DNA from: Candidatus Thorarchaeota archaeon
GTDB lineage: Archaea; Asgardarchaeota; Lokiarchaeia; Sigyniarchaeales; SOKP01
Assembly (NCBI GenBank): GCA_048883045.1
Contig: JBHLRA010000001.1
Coordinates: 19,841 to 83,840 of the forward strand
DNA length: 64,000 bases
Reading direction: 5' to 3'
A program made the position numbers and the translations under genes. This document shows, piece after piece, positions 26,538-35,842 of the stretch. A model generated the notes under the pieces. It had not been told where the DNA came from and ran no database searches. It worked only from the letters and a program-made list of their open reading frames with translations. The stretch's first letter is position 1, and each line of letters starts with the position of its first letter.

Positions 26538-26573
26538 TGTGTGTTTGATACGTTAATATTAAAGAGGGAAAAA

Positions 26574-27092
26574 ATGAAAAAAAATGTAGCATTGATTGGG
26601 ACTTTTAGAAAAGATAGTAAAGGCTTGGTAAATATTTTTAATGAATTAAGAGATTTGGGATATAATATTACAACGCCTCGAAATCCAATTCCTGATAAAA
26701 ATGAAAATGGATTTGTTTATATGAAAGGGGAAACAATATTTACTCCTGACTCTATAGAAGAAAGAGCTTTATTCAATATTAAAAAATCGGATTTTGTTTG
26801 GTTTTTTTCTCCTAATGGTTATATAGGATATACTACTTTAGCTGAAATAGGATATGCTTTATCTATTGGAAAAAAAATATTTTCTAATTCTTTTATAGTG
26901 AATAAAAGTTTAAATGGGTTAATTAATATTGTTGAAAATGCAAAATGTTTAAATGATTTTAAAATGAGATCAAATATGATTAATGATATTTATCTATCTG
27001 AGAAATTTTATAAATTATCATTTGATAGGAAAATAGAAGATTTACGTAAAATTGAATTATTGATTGGTGAAATAAATAAAAAATTGGAATGA
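26574..27092 (+). CDS. nucleoside 2-deoxyribosyltransferase-like protein
   Basis: Start moved to ATG 26574 (SD AGAGGGA). VALIGTFRKD...DFVWFFSPNGYIGYTTLAEIGYALSIGKKIF resembles the NDT/DUF4406 fold pattern. Confidence 0.45.
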   Translation: MKKNVALIGTFRKDSKGLVNIFNELRDLGYNITTPRNPIPDKNENGFVYMKGETIFTPDSIEERALFNIKKSDFVWFFSPNGYIGYTTLAEIGYALSIGKKIFSNSFIVNKSLNGLINIVENAKCLNDFKMRSNMINDIYLSEKFYKLSFDRKIEDLRKIELLIGEINKKLE

Positions 27093-27113
27093 ACTAAAAT
27101 TAGAAGGAGTAAA

Positions 27114-27950
27114 TTGATGAGATGCTGCTTTACTATAATTTTGAATGGTCTTCATCATTTAGCTGCTAATGGTCAAGCTGAATTTATAGCTAATAATTTT
27201 GATCGGTGGTATATAGCTGAAGGGGCCTCCTTTAGTCAGGGCTCAACAAAATGGTGTAAACCGATGCTAGATAAGTATCATAATTGTGGAAGATCAATAG
27301 ATGGAACTTGGCTATATTTAAAACAACTTACTGATAGGTATCCAAATATTATTTTGGTCAATAATATTTTGGTTTGCCAAAAAGAATATATGGATAAGGG
27401 TTTTTGGAAATCAAAGGATGCTCAAGTTAATGCCTGTATAACTTCCTTAAAATTACAAAAGGTCCAAGAATGTTATCTGTGGCAGATAGATGTTGATGAA
27501 CAATGGTCATTAGAAAATATAGAAAAATCAGAAAAAGAACTTTATCAGAATGATTGTAAAGTTGGTTTATTTAAATGTAATTATTGGGTTGGGCCAGGAT
27601 TGGTGGCAAAGGGAACTTGGGGAGAAGGCGATAATGAAAATGCTTACAAAAGACTTTGGAAATGGGAAGGAGAATGGTTTAAATCTCATGAACCCCCAAT
27701 ATTGGGGGATGGAGACCTTACAGAAATAACACTCCCTTATCGTTTCAATCATTATGCTTATTACTATGATCAAGATGTTAAATTTAAAGATGATTGGTAT
27801 GGCGGGCACGAAGGAATATATTACCGATGGAAATGGCTTCAAAGAGAGGCTAAAGACAAGAAAGTTGGTCATATGTGGCCAATAAGTGTTTTGCTTGATC
27901 CTAATACTTATTGGGGTAGAACAGATACTATAATCACTAAAGTTGGGTAA
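27114..27950 (+). CDS. GT-A (GT2-like) glycosyltransferase
   Basis: CFTIILNG..., RSIDGT, WQIDVDEQW (DxD). Confidence 0.45.
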   Translation: MMRCCFTIILNGLHHLAANGQAEFIANNFDRWYIAEGASFSQGSTKWCKPMLDKYHNCGRSIDGTWLYLKQLTDRYPNIILVNNILVCQKEYMDKGFWKSKDAQVNACITSLKLQKVQECYLWQIDVDEQWSLENIEKSEKELYQNDCKVGLFKCNYWVGPGLVAKGTWGEGDNENAYKRLWKWEGEWFKSHEPPILGDGDLTEITLPYRFNHYAYYYDQDVKFKDDWYGGHEGIYYRWKWLQREAKDKKVGHMWPISVLLDPNTYWGRTDTIITKVG

Positions 27951-27952
27951 AT

Positions 27953-28357
27953 ATGAAATCAAAAAAAATATCTTTGGCTAAGCGTAAGATTAAATTTTGG
28001 GAAAGGCGTATATTATCAATAGATCAAAGGCTTGAGAGAAGTAAGGATGGCGTTGAAGAAATAAACGATATCATAAGCAATCCTCCTATAATAGCAGGAA
28101 TTAGAATAAAAATAGATTTGGATTGCCTACTTAGCCTTTCTAAAAAATCTGAATATTTGCTTAAACAATATCAAATTGATTATGGCAAAAGGCAATTATT
28201 TGTTCAATATAGAAGTAAATGGAAAAGTAAATATCTTGAACTTATAGACCCAAGAACTCCTGAAGAAATAGACAAAGGGTGGGATAGTTTTTGGGATCAG
28301 ATTAAAGGTAAAAGAAAGCCTGAAATAAAACTGGATGGCTTTAAAGGCAAATTATGA
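27953..28357 (+). CDS. hypothetical protein
   Basis: 134-aa basic ORF coupled to the flanking glycosyltransferase genes. Confidence 0.55.
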   Translation: MKSKKISLAKRKIKFWERRILSIDQRLERSKDGVEEINDIISNPPIIAGIRIKIDLDCLLSLSKKSEYLLKQYQIDYGKRQLFVQYRSKWKSKYLELIDPRTPEEIDKGWDSFWDQIKGKRKPEIKLDGFKGKL

Positions 28358-29130
28358 AATTATCTTTTATTGTCCCATATAAACACAATTCTGAAAGGCT
28401 TGGACTTTTAGGTGCTACAATAAATAATCTTCCCAAATGGAACAATATAGAAATTTGCGTTTCTGAGCTTGGGGAAAGACCTTGCTTTGAAAACACTTAT
28501 GTCTATAAGATATTGTCTAAATTTTATAATTTAAAATATTGTTTTAATTATTATGGTGGAATATTTAATAGAGCTTTAGCCATCAATATAGGCGCTAAAA
28601 GCTTGGCTACAAATAAAATTTTTTGTCTTTTGGATGGAGATATAGTTTTTAAATATCAAGAAAACACTATATGTGATATTTTAACATATGGCTTCCAACC
28701 TTGTGCAGGTTTTAATTCTATGTATTTTATGAATCCAGAAGAGACTAAAGATTATTTGATAAAAGGAGTTTATCCTTCTAGTCATCCTAGTCATAAGATG
28801 AGATTTTCTAAGCCTGGAGGACTGGCTGGGGGTCTGATAATTATGTCTAAAGATATATTTATGAAAATAAAAGGAATCCCAGAGATGTTCAAAGGGACTT
28901 GGGGCAATGATGATAATGCTCTTTGGTATAAGCTTCAAGCTTATGGTTATTATTTTCGATCTATACCTAGATGTTTTTATCATCTCCATCATTTGCACAA
29001 GACCGAGAAAGATGCAGATATTATGTCTAAGATAGATGAAATAAGAAATTGGACTATTTTAGATTGGAAAAAATATGATAATGAGATAGGCAATAATTGG
29101 GGAATATATGATAATAAAAAATACAAATAA
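28354..29130 (+). CDS. glycosyltransferase (GT2 / galactosyltransferase C-terminal-like)
   Basis: SFIVPYKHNSERL, LLDGDIVF (DxD), GGLIIMSKDIFMKIKGIPEMFKGTWGNDDNALWYKL. Confidence 0.65.
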   Translation: MKLSFIVPYKHNSERLGLLGATINNLPKWNNIEICVSELGERPCFENTYVYKILSKFYNLKYCFNYYGGIFNRALAINIGAKSLATNKIFCLLDGDIVFKYQENTICDILTYGFQPCAGFNSMYFMNPEETKDYLIKGVYPSSHPSHKMRFSKPGGLAGGLIIMSKDIFMKIKGIPEMFKGTWGNDDNALWYKLQAYGYYFRSIPRCFYHLHHLHKTEKDADIMSKIDEIRNWTILDWKKYDNEIGNNWGIYDNKKYK

Positions 29131-29150
29131 AAAGGTTTGGAGGAACTAAT

Positions 29151-29486
29151 ATGAGAGAAATGACTTTTAGCATATATGAGGAATTTACAAAAACAACTGA
29201 TGTTTTTGTTGATGATGTCAATAGGATGGTATGTGTAGTTTTGGGACTTAATGGAGAGGCTGGTGAAGTTGCAGAAAAATTCAAAAAAATATTTAGAGGT
29301 GATGTCAAATTTGATAAAAATTCTAAAGAGCAAATAGCTTTGGAACTTGGCGATGTTTTATGGTATCTGAGTCGATGCGCAAGTGTAATTGATTATACAT
29401 TAGAGGATATAGCTAAGATGAATATTGAAAAGTTAAAAAATAGATTGCATTTAAATAAAATAAAAGGATCAGGAGACACAAGATAA
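29151..29486 (+). CDS. mazG: MazG-like nucleotide pyrophosphohydrolase
   Basis: GLNGEAGEVAEKFKKIFRGD ... ELGDVLWYL. Confidence 0.85.
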   Translation: MREMTFSIYEEFTKTTDVFVDDVNRMVCVVLGLNGEAGEVAEKFKKIFRGDVKFDKNSKEQIALELGDVLWYLSRCASVIDYTLEDIAKMNIEKLKNRLHLNKIKGSGDTR

Positions 29487-29491
29487 ATAAA

Positions 29492-30049
29492 ATGTATATT
29501 GCAATGGATTTAGATGAAACTTTAATTGATTGGATCAATAAACCAGAAAAAGTAGCAGCCCAAAGGCTTGGAGTGAAGGAACCTAAAAGGCTTGATTACT
29601 TTTATAAAAGGGTTCCTATAAAACTTAGGGCAGAAATAATGTCTTTATTTGAAGATTTGGAATTTATGTCTATGAAAAATCTTACCTATGATGTTTTAGA
29701 CAAACTTGCTCTTATGAAATGGAAAGAGAAAGGACATATTTTGACAGTCATAACCTCTAGAGATAAAAGCTTGGAGATGAGAAAAGAGACTGAAAGAATA
29801 ATCAAAGAATGGTTCCCCGAAATAGATAATCTCATAATAGTAAAGCATGGTGTGGATAAGATAGGTTATTTTAAACGCATGAAGCCTGATGTTTGGATAG
29901 ATGATCGCCCGGATATAGCACATATGGCGATGGAAATGGACATAAGAACTTTTCTTATAGACAAATCATACAATAATGATCCCTTTTGGGCAGAGCTGCA
30001 AAGAATACAATCTATATATCAATTGTGGGCGAAAGGAATAATAAAATGA
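29492..30049 (+). CDS. HAD-family 5'(3')-deoxyribonucleotidase-like protein
   Basis: IAMDLDETLIDW (DxDxT), VITSRD, WIDDRPD. Confidence 0.7.
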   Translation: MYIAMDLDETLIDWINKPEKVAAQRLGVKEPKRLDYFYKRVPIKLRAEIMSLFEDLEFMSMKNLTYDVLDKLALMKWKEKGHILTVITSRDKSLEMRKETERIIKEWFPEIDNLIIVKHGVDKIGYFKRMKPDVWIDDRPDIAHMAMEMDIRTFLIDKSYNNDPFWAELQRIQSIYQLWAKGIIK

Positions 30050-30525
30050 ATAAAATTGTAGCAGATAAAATGGATTTTATTGAAATGACCTTATGTATTA
30101 TTTTCTGCAAATGCGGTAGACGGGATAAAATTTTGTTAGGCAAAAAGGCAAAAGGGCTAGGCAAAGGCTATTGGAATGGCTTTGGGGGTAAGATAAAGCC
30201 AGGAGAAAGTATTAAAGAAGCTAATACTAGAGAAGTTTTTGAAGAAACCGGGATAGAACTATATGAAGATGATACATTTTTGATGGGGCTTAATAGATTT
30301 ATATTCCCTGAGAATAAAACTATATTGGAAGTTCATGTTTTTGTTGCGCATATTAGGGAATTGATAAACCCTAAACTAAATGCAGAATTTGATGGATTTG
30401 AATGGTTTGATAAAGGCCAATTGCCTTATGAAAATATGTGGTCAGATGATAGGTATTGGGTGCCATATCTTTTTGAGGAAAAATTTTCGAAGGATTTTAT
30501 ATTATGGATAGCAGCAACAATCTAA
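30046..30525 (+). CDS. NUDIX hydrolase, MutT/MTH1-like
   Basis: Start at ATG 30046 (ATGA overlap). KGLGKGYWNGFGGKIKPGESIKEANTREVFEETGI is the Nudix box with an MTH1-like preamble. Confidence 0.85.
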   Translation: MNKIVADKMDFIEMTLCIIFCKCGRRDKILLGKKAKGLGKGYWNGFGGKIKPGESIKEANTREVFEETGIELYEDDTFLMGLNRFIFPENKTILEVHVFVAHIRELINPKLNAEFDGFEWFDKGQLPYENMWSDDRYWVPYLFEEKFSKDFILWIAATI

Positions 30526-30576
30526 TTTCTTATTGTATTAGATAAAAAGGAATAAAATTTGAAAAGGAGAACGATA

Positions 30577-30936
30577 ATGACGGTATATGATCCAAATGGA
30601 ATTCCTATACTTGGGAAAGAGGATGATGTAAAGATTAAGATAGAAGAATTGAGCAGAAATTTGATGATAGCTAGAGGATTAATTCATCAGCTTCAAGAGC
30701 AGGTGGAGCTTCTGAAGTCAAGCAATACAAATATTTTATGCTTTTTATTCTCTCTTATGAAAAAAACAGACAATAATCGCTTTAGAGTTCCGATTAAAAA
30801 ACTTGAATCTTTAAGGTCTGAATTTTTGAGCCAAAAGATAATTCTTAAAACTTATCAAGATAAGGCTAAAAATGTAGTTATATATCGAGAAGATGTTAAG
30901 CCGGAAAAGGATAATGAAAGTGAAGCCAAAAAATAA
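30577..30936 (+). CDS. coiled-coil hypothetical protein
   Basis: Start at ATG 30577 after AAAAGGAGA. Confidence 0.5.
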   Translation: MTVYDPNGIPILGKEDDVKIKIEELSRNLMIARGLIHQLQEQVELLKSSNTNILCFLFSLMKKTDNNRFRVPIKKLESLRSEFLSQKIILKTYQDKAKNVVIYREDVKPEKDNESEAKK

Positions 30937-31450
30937 CAATAATGCGTTGGTAGAAAATAATATAGGATTGGTATATCATACTATAAAAAGATGTTTTAAT
31001 TTTAAAATTAAAGATTTGTCTAGCCTTAAGTTGACTAAAGATGATCTTTATCAACAGGGCAAATTAGGCCTTATTGAGGCCAGTCAAAGATATGATGAAA
31101 GGCGAGGTAAATTTAGCACTTTTGCTTGTCGATTGATTAGAGATTATATTTATAAGATGATTAAGGATGGATATAAAAATTCTTTTGTCCCTTTGCTAAT
31201 AGATATTCCTGATTACAACTCTATAGAAAAAGCAGAAATGATGATAGATTTTGAGCGATGTTGCAAAAAATATTTGAAGCAAAAAGATATTAATATAGTC
31301 TGTGATCATATCTTTGAGGGCTTGACTTTCAAAGAAATATTTTTGAAAAACGATATGGAAAATGAAATGCAAGCTTTTAGAATTTATAATGAAAGTATTC
31401 AAAAAATTAAAAGACAGATTTGCATAGATTTACATAGAAATAATTCATAA
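30914..31450 (+). CDS. sigma-70 family RNA polymerase sigma factor
   Basis: Region 2: LYQQGKLGLIEASQRYDERRGKFSTFACRLIRDYI; region 4-like EGLTFKEIF...IYNESIQKIKRQ. The start could be 30893 or 30914. Confidence 0.7.
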   Translation: MKVKPKNNNNALVENNIGLVYHTIKRCFNFKIKDLSSLKLTKDDLYQQGKLGLIEASQRYDERRGKFSTFACRLIRDYIYKMIKDGYKNSFVPLLIDIPDYNSIEKAEMMIDFERCCKKYLKQKDINIVCDHIFEGLTFKEIFLKNDMENEMQAFRIYNESIQKIKRQICIDLHRNNS

Positions 31451-31464
31451 ATTAGGAGAATAAA

Positions 31465-31677
31465 ATGTATATAATATTTGGCAAAAAAATATGTAGCGCT
31501 TGTCAAGAGGCTAAAAAAACATTTGAGGAAGATGGAATTGATTATAAATACATAGATTTGGACAATATGAATCTTGAAGAAAAAGCGACTGCCGCTTGGT
31601 ATGAGGCTTTAAAGGAAGATATTATGTTACCTTATATCATAAATACAGATGATGATAGAAAAGAAAAGTTGAGTTGA
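31465..31677 (+). CDS. glutaredoxin/NrdH-like redoxin
   Basis: MYIIFGKKICSACQEAKKTFEEDGIDYKYIDLD (CxxC at the strand-helix junction). Confidence 0.7.
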   Translation: MYIIFGKKICSACQEAKKTFEEDGIDYKYIDLDNMNLEEKATAAWYEALKEDIMLPYIINTDDDRKEKLS

Positions 31678-31698
31678 ATTCTTTAAATTTTCCCGAAG

Positions 31699-31765
31699 TT
31701 TTTTTTATAAATAGTCGATAATATAAATAGAGGGGGAAATAAAAGGAATCTTGAAAAAGGAGGTA
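31699..31765 (+). promoter_or_regulatory. element A copy (TTTTTTTTATAAATAGTCGATAATATAAATAGAGGGGGAAATAAAAGGAATCTTGAAAAAGGAGG)
   Basis: Directly upstream of ATG 31772. Confidence 0.55.
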
Positions 31766-31771
31766 AATAAA

Positions 31772-31873
31772 ATGACAATCTCAACCGAAGCCCAAGTAAG
31801 CGCCAAAAATATTTTTTATGGAGTTTTCACCGGTTGTTTAGCATTATGCATTTTTTGCCTTGCGATTTTATAA
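31772..31873 (+). CDS. small hydrophobic peptide (33 aa)
   Basis: Hand-translated MTISTEAQVSAKNIFYGVFTGCLALCIFCLAIL; strong SD. Confidence 0.35.
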   Translation: MTISTEAQVSAKNIFYGVFTGCLALCIFCLAIL

Positions 31874-31894
31874 ATAAAGGAGATAGAAGGGAAT

Positions 31895-32005
31895 ATGATA
31901 TATAATTATGATCCTTTTTGGATAAATATAGGAGTAGTTGTTTTTCTTTATTTTTTTGTAAAAGTTGTTATAGATTTAGATGCTTGGACAGATAGGGGAG
32001 ATTAG
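31895..32005 (+). CDS. small membrane peptide (36 aa)
   Basis: Hand-translated MIYNYDPFWINIGVVVFLYFFVKVVIDLDAWTDRGD; SD AAAGGAGA. Confidence 0.3.
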   Translation: MIYNYDPFWINIGVVVFLYFFVKVVIDLDAWTDRGD

Positions 32006-32244
32006 TGAAAAATATATCTAGAATAAATATGTTCAAAAGAATAGTTAAAAGAATAGATTCTAATTGGAAAGGATGCAAGAAAGAGGCGAAAACTAAAGAT
32101 ATACAGTTCATAGGCCAGCTCCTTTCTGATCTAGTAGATACCGAAATGGAGCGAGATGCTTATAAGATCCGGTACAATTTTTTGTCTCAATATATAGGTT
32201 TAAAAGCCCATTTAGATGGGAATATTGAAAAAATAAAAGGATAA
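32005..32244 (+). CDS. hypothetical protein
   Basis: 79-aa ORF (GTG start, or ATG at 32029). Confidence 0.45.
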   Translation: MKNISRINMFKRIVKRIDSNWKGCKKEAKTKDIQFIGQLLSDLVDTEMERDAYKIRYNFLSQYIGLKAHLDGNIEKIKG

Positions 32245-32270
32245 AATATGCATAGGATAAAAAAAATATC

Positions 32271-32317
32271 TCGTTATTTTTTTGTATTTTTAGGTATAAT
32301 ATATATAAGAGGAAAAA
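32271..32317 (+). promoter_or_regulatory. element B copy 1: TCGTTATTTTTTTGTATTTTTAGGTATAATATATATAAGAGGAAAAA
   Basis: Contains a consensus TATAAT (32295-32300); about 35 nt upstream of the scaffold gene; near-identical to 34407-34455. Confidence 0.6.
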
Positions 32318-32351
32318 CATCAATAATTTTAAATGGGGAGGATTTTTGAAT

Positions 32352-33302
32352 ATGTCTTGGAAAATCGAAGATTTTAAGTACATGGATGGAGAAGAGGAGA
32401 AAACCTTACAAATAATTGCTACAAACAAATCAGGTGATCCTATCTGGGTTCACGAAAAGGACGGAGTCGAAGCTCCTATTGATGCCAAACATTATTTCAA
32501 CAAAATTCCTGAATTATTGGAAGAAAAAAGGCAACTTAAAGAAGCCAAGAAGCAATTGGAAGGAGAATTTAATGAGCATAGATCGAAATATGAAGACATT
32601 GAAGATCCCCAAGCTGCACTTAAGGCTCTGGAAATTGTTGCGAATTTGGATAGTAAAAAGCTTATTGATGCTAAAAAGGTTGATCAGCTAAGGAATCAAA
32701 TGAAAGAGGATTTCGATAAAGCGATGGAAAAAGAACGGACTGTTCACAAAGACGAAGTAGATAGTTTGAAAGCCCAATTGGAAGATCAAAAGAAAACCAA
32801 TTATGGCCTTACTGTTTCCAATAGTTTCAAAAGTTCCAAGCTTTTGGCTGGTCCTGATGCCATAGTTGGAGTTCCTGTCGATATGATAGAAGATAAATGG
32901 GGCAAAAACTTTTCTACCGAAATCGTTGATGGAAAGCCAGTAACTGTTGGTCATTATGATGATGGGCGACCTATTCTAAGTGATGTAAAGCCTGGAGAAT
33001 TTGCTAGTTTTGATGAAGCTCTTAAAAAACTCATTGATGTTTATCCTAATAAAGCTGGAATTCTTAAAGGAAAACAACAATCTGGCGGAGGCGTTGGCGT
33101 TGGAAATGCTAATAAGGAAGTTAAAAGTGAAGCTGTTAAAGATCTGTCCAGTTATACCCATATTAGCGATTTTAAGACTCCTGCCGAAAAGCAAGCTTTT
33201 ATTGACAAATATGGACTTGAAAAATGGCGAGTTATTCTTAAAAATAGTCGGGGAACAAGCAATGTCGGGCGAGTTAATGATATGGGATCAGTTAATCGAT
33301 AA
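32352..33302 (+). CDS. scaffolding protein
   Basis: 316 aa, long charged coiled coil (EEKRQLKEAKKQLEGEF...), upstream of the capsid gene. SD GGGGAGGA. The track start is TTG 32346. Confidence 0.7.
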   Translation: MSWKIEDFKYMDGEEEKTLQIIATNKSGDPIWVHEKDGVEAPIDAKHYFNKIPELLEEKRQLKEAKKQLEGEFNEHRSKYEDIEDPQAALKALEIVANLDSKKLIDAKKVDQLRNQMKEDFDKAMEKERTVHKDEVDSLKAQLEDQKKTNYGLTVSNSFKSSKLLAGPDAIVGVPVDMIEDKWGKNFSTEIVDGKPVTVGHYDDGRPILSDVKPGEFASFDEALKKLIDVYPNKAGILKGKQQSGGGVGVGNANKEVKSEAVKDLSSYTHISDFKTPAEKQAFIDKYGLEKWRVILKNSRGTSNVGRVNDMGSVNR

Positions 33303-33847
33303 ATGAAATTGAAACTAGTTCCAGCATATAAACCAAGAGATATTAGAGGCTCTTAGAAAGATTTAATGCTATGAATGATAATGATAAACCAACAAATCAA
33401 ATTGAGGAATCTTCACCATCAGACATAAAAAAGCCTTTTGATCCATCTCAAATGGAAGAAACGATAAAATATGGCTATATTGATATAATAGTGAAATAGA
33501 TATAGGATATTAAAAGTGTTTAAAAAATGTTTATGGGAGAGATTTTATAAGTGGATAAAAAAATTGATTCCTAATGTAGAGCTTTTAACGGAAATGTTAA
33601 TAGAAATAATAAATGAATTATTATAGTTTTTATCTTGTATAGAGATTAAAGATTAAAGCTTTTTAAAAATTAATTGAATATAAGCTATTGTTTTATAAAG
33701 ATTGTGTTATAAATTCTTAAATATCAATAGTTTAGAGGATGTGTAATTATAGATTAATTTTTATATTGAGCTGTGAGCGGAGTTTTTAATTTCTTTGACT
33801 TGTGAAAAAATGAGATGCGAAAGAGGTAGTTTAAAAAGAGGTTTCTT

Positions 33848-34219
33848 ATGAATAAATATTTTAATGAATCAAAAAATCTTTTTGATGATTTATCTAATGA
33901 AGCTACAACTGATGAAGCATTAAAAAGAATAAAGTATTCAGAATCTACTGAAAGAATTGAAGATATAAAAATAGAAGTTGATTTAGAAAAATTACGCACA
34001 AGCAAATCAAAAGCATATTCTAAAATTATTGGATATGAAATATCTAATAATTTCCCTATGCCGAAGAATTTTGATCGAAGTATACAATGTGATAATCAAA
34101 TGTGCCCTTATCACGATAAAGGACGTAATTGCTCTTCTCCTTCTGTAGTAAAAATAGGGGCTGGAGGGCAATGTGTACCTTATCAAGAATGGTTAGCTAA
34201 AGCAGCTAAGAGGAACTAA
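33848..34219 (+). CDS. hypothetical Cys-rich protein
   Basis: 123 aa; C-terminal QCDNQMCPYHDKGRNCSS...GQCVPY. An isolated unit between scaffold and capsid genes, followed by a terminator. Confidence 0.55.
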   Translation: MNKYFNESKNLFDDLSNEATTDEALKRIKYSESTERIEDIKIEVDLEKLRTSKSKAYSKIIGYEISNNFPMPKNFDRSIQCDNQMCPYHDKGRNCSSPSVVKIGAGGQCVPYQEWLAKAAKRN

Positions 34220-34272
34220 GGTCTTTGTGTGAATAGGATCTTAGACCTGAAAATGGCTGGGTCTTTTATAGA

Positions 34273-34328
34273 GGGGCTGGTGAAAGACTCTCGTGTTAAT
34301 GTAGAGCAAGTAACTTGCCCCTTTTTTT
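34273..34328 (+). terminator. rho-independent terminator candidate
   Basis: GGGGC...GCAAG-TAA-CTTGC/GCCCC stem(s) followed by T7 (34322-34328). Confidence 0.5.
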
Positions 34329-34406
34329 GATTTTAAAAATAGAATCATTTGTGTATACTTGATAGACTCTGTAAGAGATGGGCGTTAGCGGGGAATTTGC
34401 ATTTGT

Positions 34407-34455
34407 TCGTTATTTTTTTGCGTTTTTAGGTATAATATATATAGAAGGGAAAAAA
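34407..34455 (+). promoter_or_regulatory. element B copy 2: TCGTTATTTTTTTGCGTTTTTAGGTATAATATATATAGAAGGGAAAAA
   Basis: Same block as 32271-32317; lies about 360 nt upstream of the capsid gene ATG. Confidence 0.6.
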
Positions 34456-34714
34456 TAAACATATTACGAGACCAATGATGATATCATTAAATTTTTAATG
34501 GAAAACGGTAATTGGTTTCTTCAAATTCTAAGGTTAGGGGAAAATCCTTATATTAGAGCCAATATAAGGTGAGATTGAATTTTAGGAGATCTAATATTTA
34601 ATCTTTTAGGGAGATCCTACTAAGGCTTGTCCGCCCTGAGATGGGGCAACTAGAGATAAGAGATTTATTTCTGGTCAAATCTATTATTTATCAACAATTT
34701 TAAAGCTTTTGCTT

Positions 34715-34742
34715 GTAACGAATATTATACAATATTCGTTAC
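34715..34742 (+). repeat. perfect 12-bp stem hairpin GTAACGAATATT-ATAC-AATATTCGTTAC in the capsid leader
   Basis: Read directly; no T-run follows. A second hairpin CCTTATATT-AGAGCC-AATATAAGG lies at 34546-34569. Confidence 0.7.
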
Positions 34743-34817
34743 GGATATAGAGCAATCAATTATTCATCAGAATAGACAAAGATTGCCATCTTTAATAGTT
34801 AGGAGTTGAAAACGACA

Positions 34818-35813
34818 ATGGCGATGGGGAAAGCTTCTGATTTTCAGGTCTATCATGAACAGTTCTATGGTGGATTATATGAAAAGTTGGCACAGAATGT
34901 TGACATATTCAATGCGGCTTCGAGAAACGCTATCAGGCTGGTCACCGAAGATATGATAGGTGATTACAATAAAGAGTCTTTCTTTGATCGGGTATCTAAT
35001 CTCGTTTCAAGAAGGGATACAACTAGCGTAAGCGCTGCAGCAGATCAAAAGATGACTCAGGGCGAATTAGTTGGCGTCAAGATCAACCGCAAGATCGGAC
35101 CTGTGGCTCAAACTTTGGATGCGTGGGAAAAGATCGGACTTACTGGGCCAGTAGCTATGAAGGAAATGTCCTTTCAATTAGGCAAGCAGATCGGCGAGGA
35201 AATGGCCCATGATATGGTTGAAACTTCGATTCGTTGTGCAGAGTCTGCCCTTTCCGGCGAGGCCGCCAATACTTATGATGCGACCGGCCAGTCTACCACA
35301 ACCATGACCATAACCCACCTCTTTAATGGTTTGAAGAAGTTCGGGGATATGGCATCCAAAATCATAATCTGGATTATGCATTCCAAGCAATATTTTGATC
35401 TCAATATTCAGGCTGCGGCCGATAAGATTTACGAAGAGGCCGGGGTTGTTGTTTATGGAGGTGCGCCAGGAACCGCTGGACGGCCTGTTATCGTAACTGA
35501 TGCCGACGCCCTTAATATCGGCGCAAATTCCAATACCAATACCTATCAGTGTTTAGGTTTGGTAGAAAACGGCGTTGTAGTGACTGACTCTGAATCCAAG
35601 AGGTTAGTGGATGAGATTGTAACTGGTCTTGAAAACTTATCTTTTAGGGTACAGGGAGAGTATGCCTATAATATCAACCTTAAGGGATTCGCTTGGGACT
35701 CTACCAATGGTGGAGCAAATCCGAATGATGCCGCTCTTAGGTTGGCTTCTAATTGGGATAAACAATATTCCAGTGCAAAGAACCTTTTAGGCATCCGTAT
35801 AGTCACTACATAG
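34818..35813 (+). CDS. major capsid protein
   Basis: 331 aa after the scaffold gene; SD AGGAG. GC-rich, Ala/Gly/Thr-rich composition typical of a highly expressed structural gene. Family not assigned by eye. Confidence 0.75.
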   Translation: MAMGKASDFQVYHEQFYGGLYEKLAQNVDIFNAASRNAIRLVTEDMIGDYNKESFFDRVSNLVSRRDTTSVSAAADQKMTQGELVGVKINRKIGPVAQTLDAWEKIGLTGPVAMKEMSFQLGKQIGEEMAHDMVETSIRCAESALSGEAANTYDATGQSTTTMTITHLFNGLKKFGDMASKIIIWIMHSKQYFDLNIQAAADKIYEEAGVVVYGGAPGTAGRPVIVTDADALNIGANSNTNTYQCLGLVENGVVVTDSESKRLVDEIVTGLENLSFRVQGEYAYNINLKGFAWDSTNGGANPNDAALRLASNWDKQYSSAKNLLGIRIVTT

Positions 35814-35842
35814 ACCTTAAAAATTTAGGGGGAGTTATTCAT

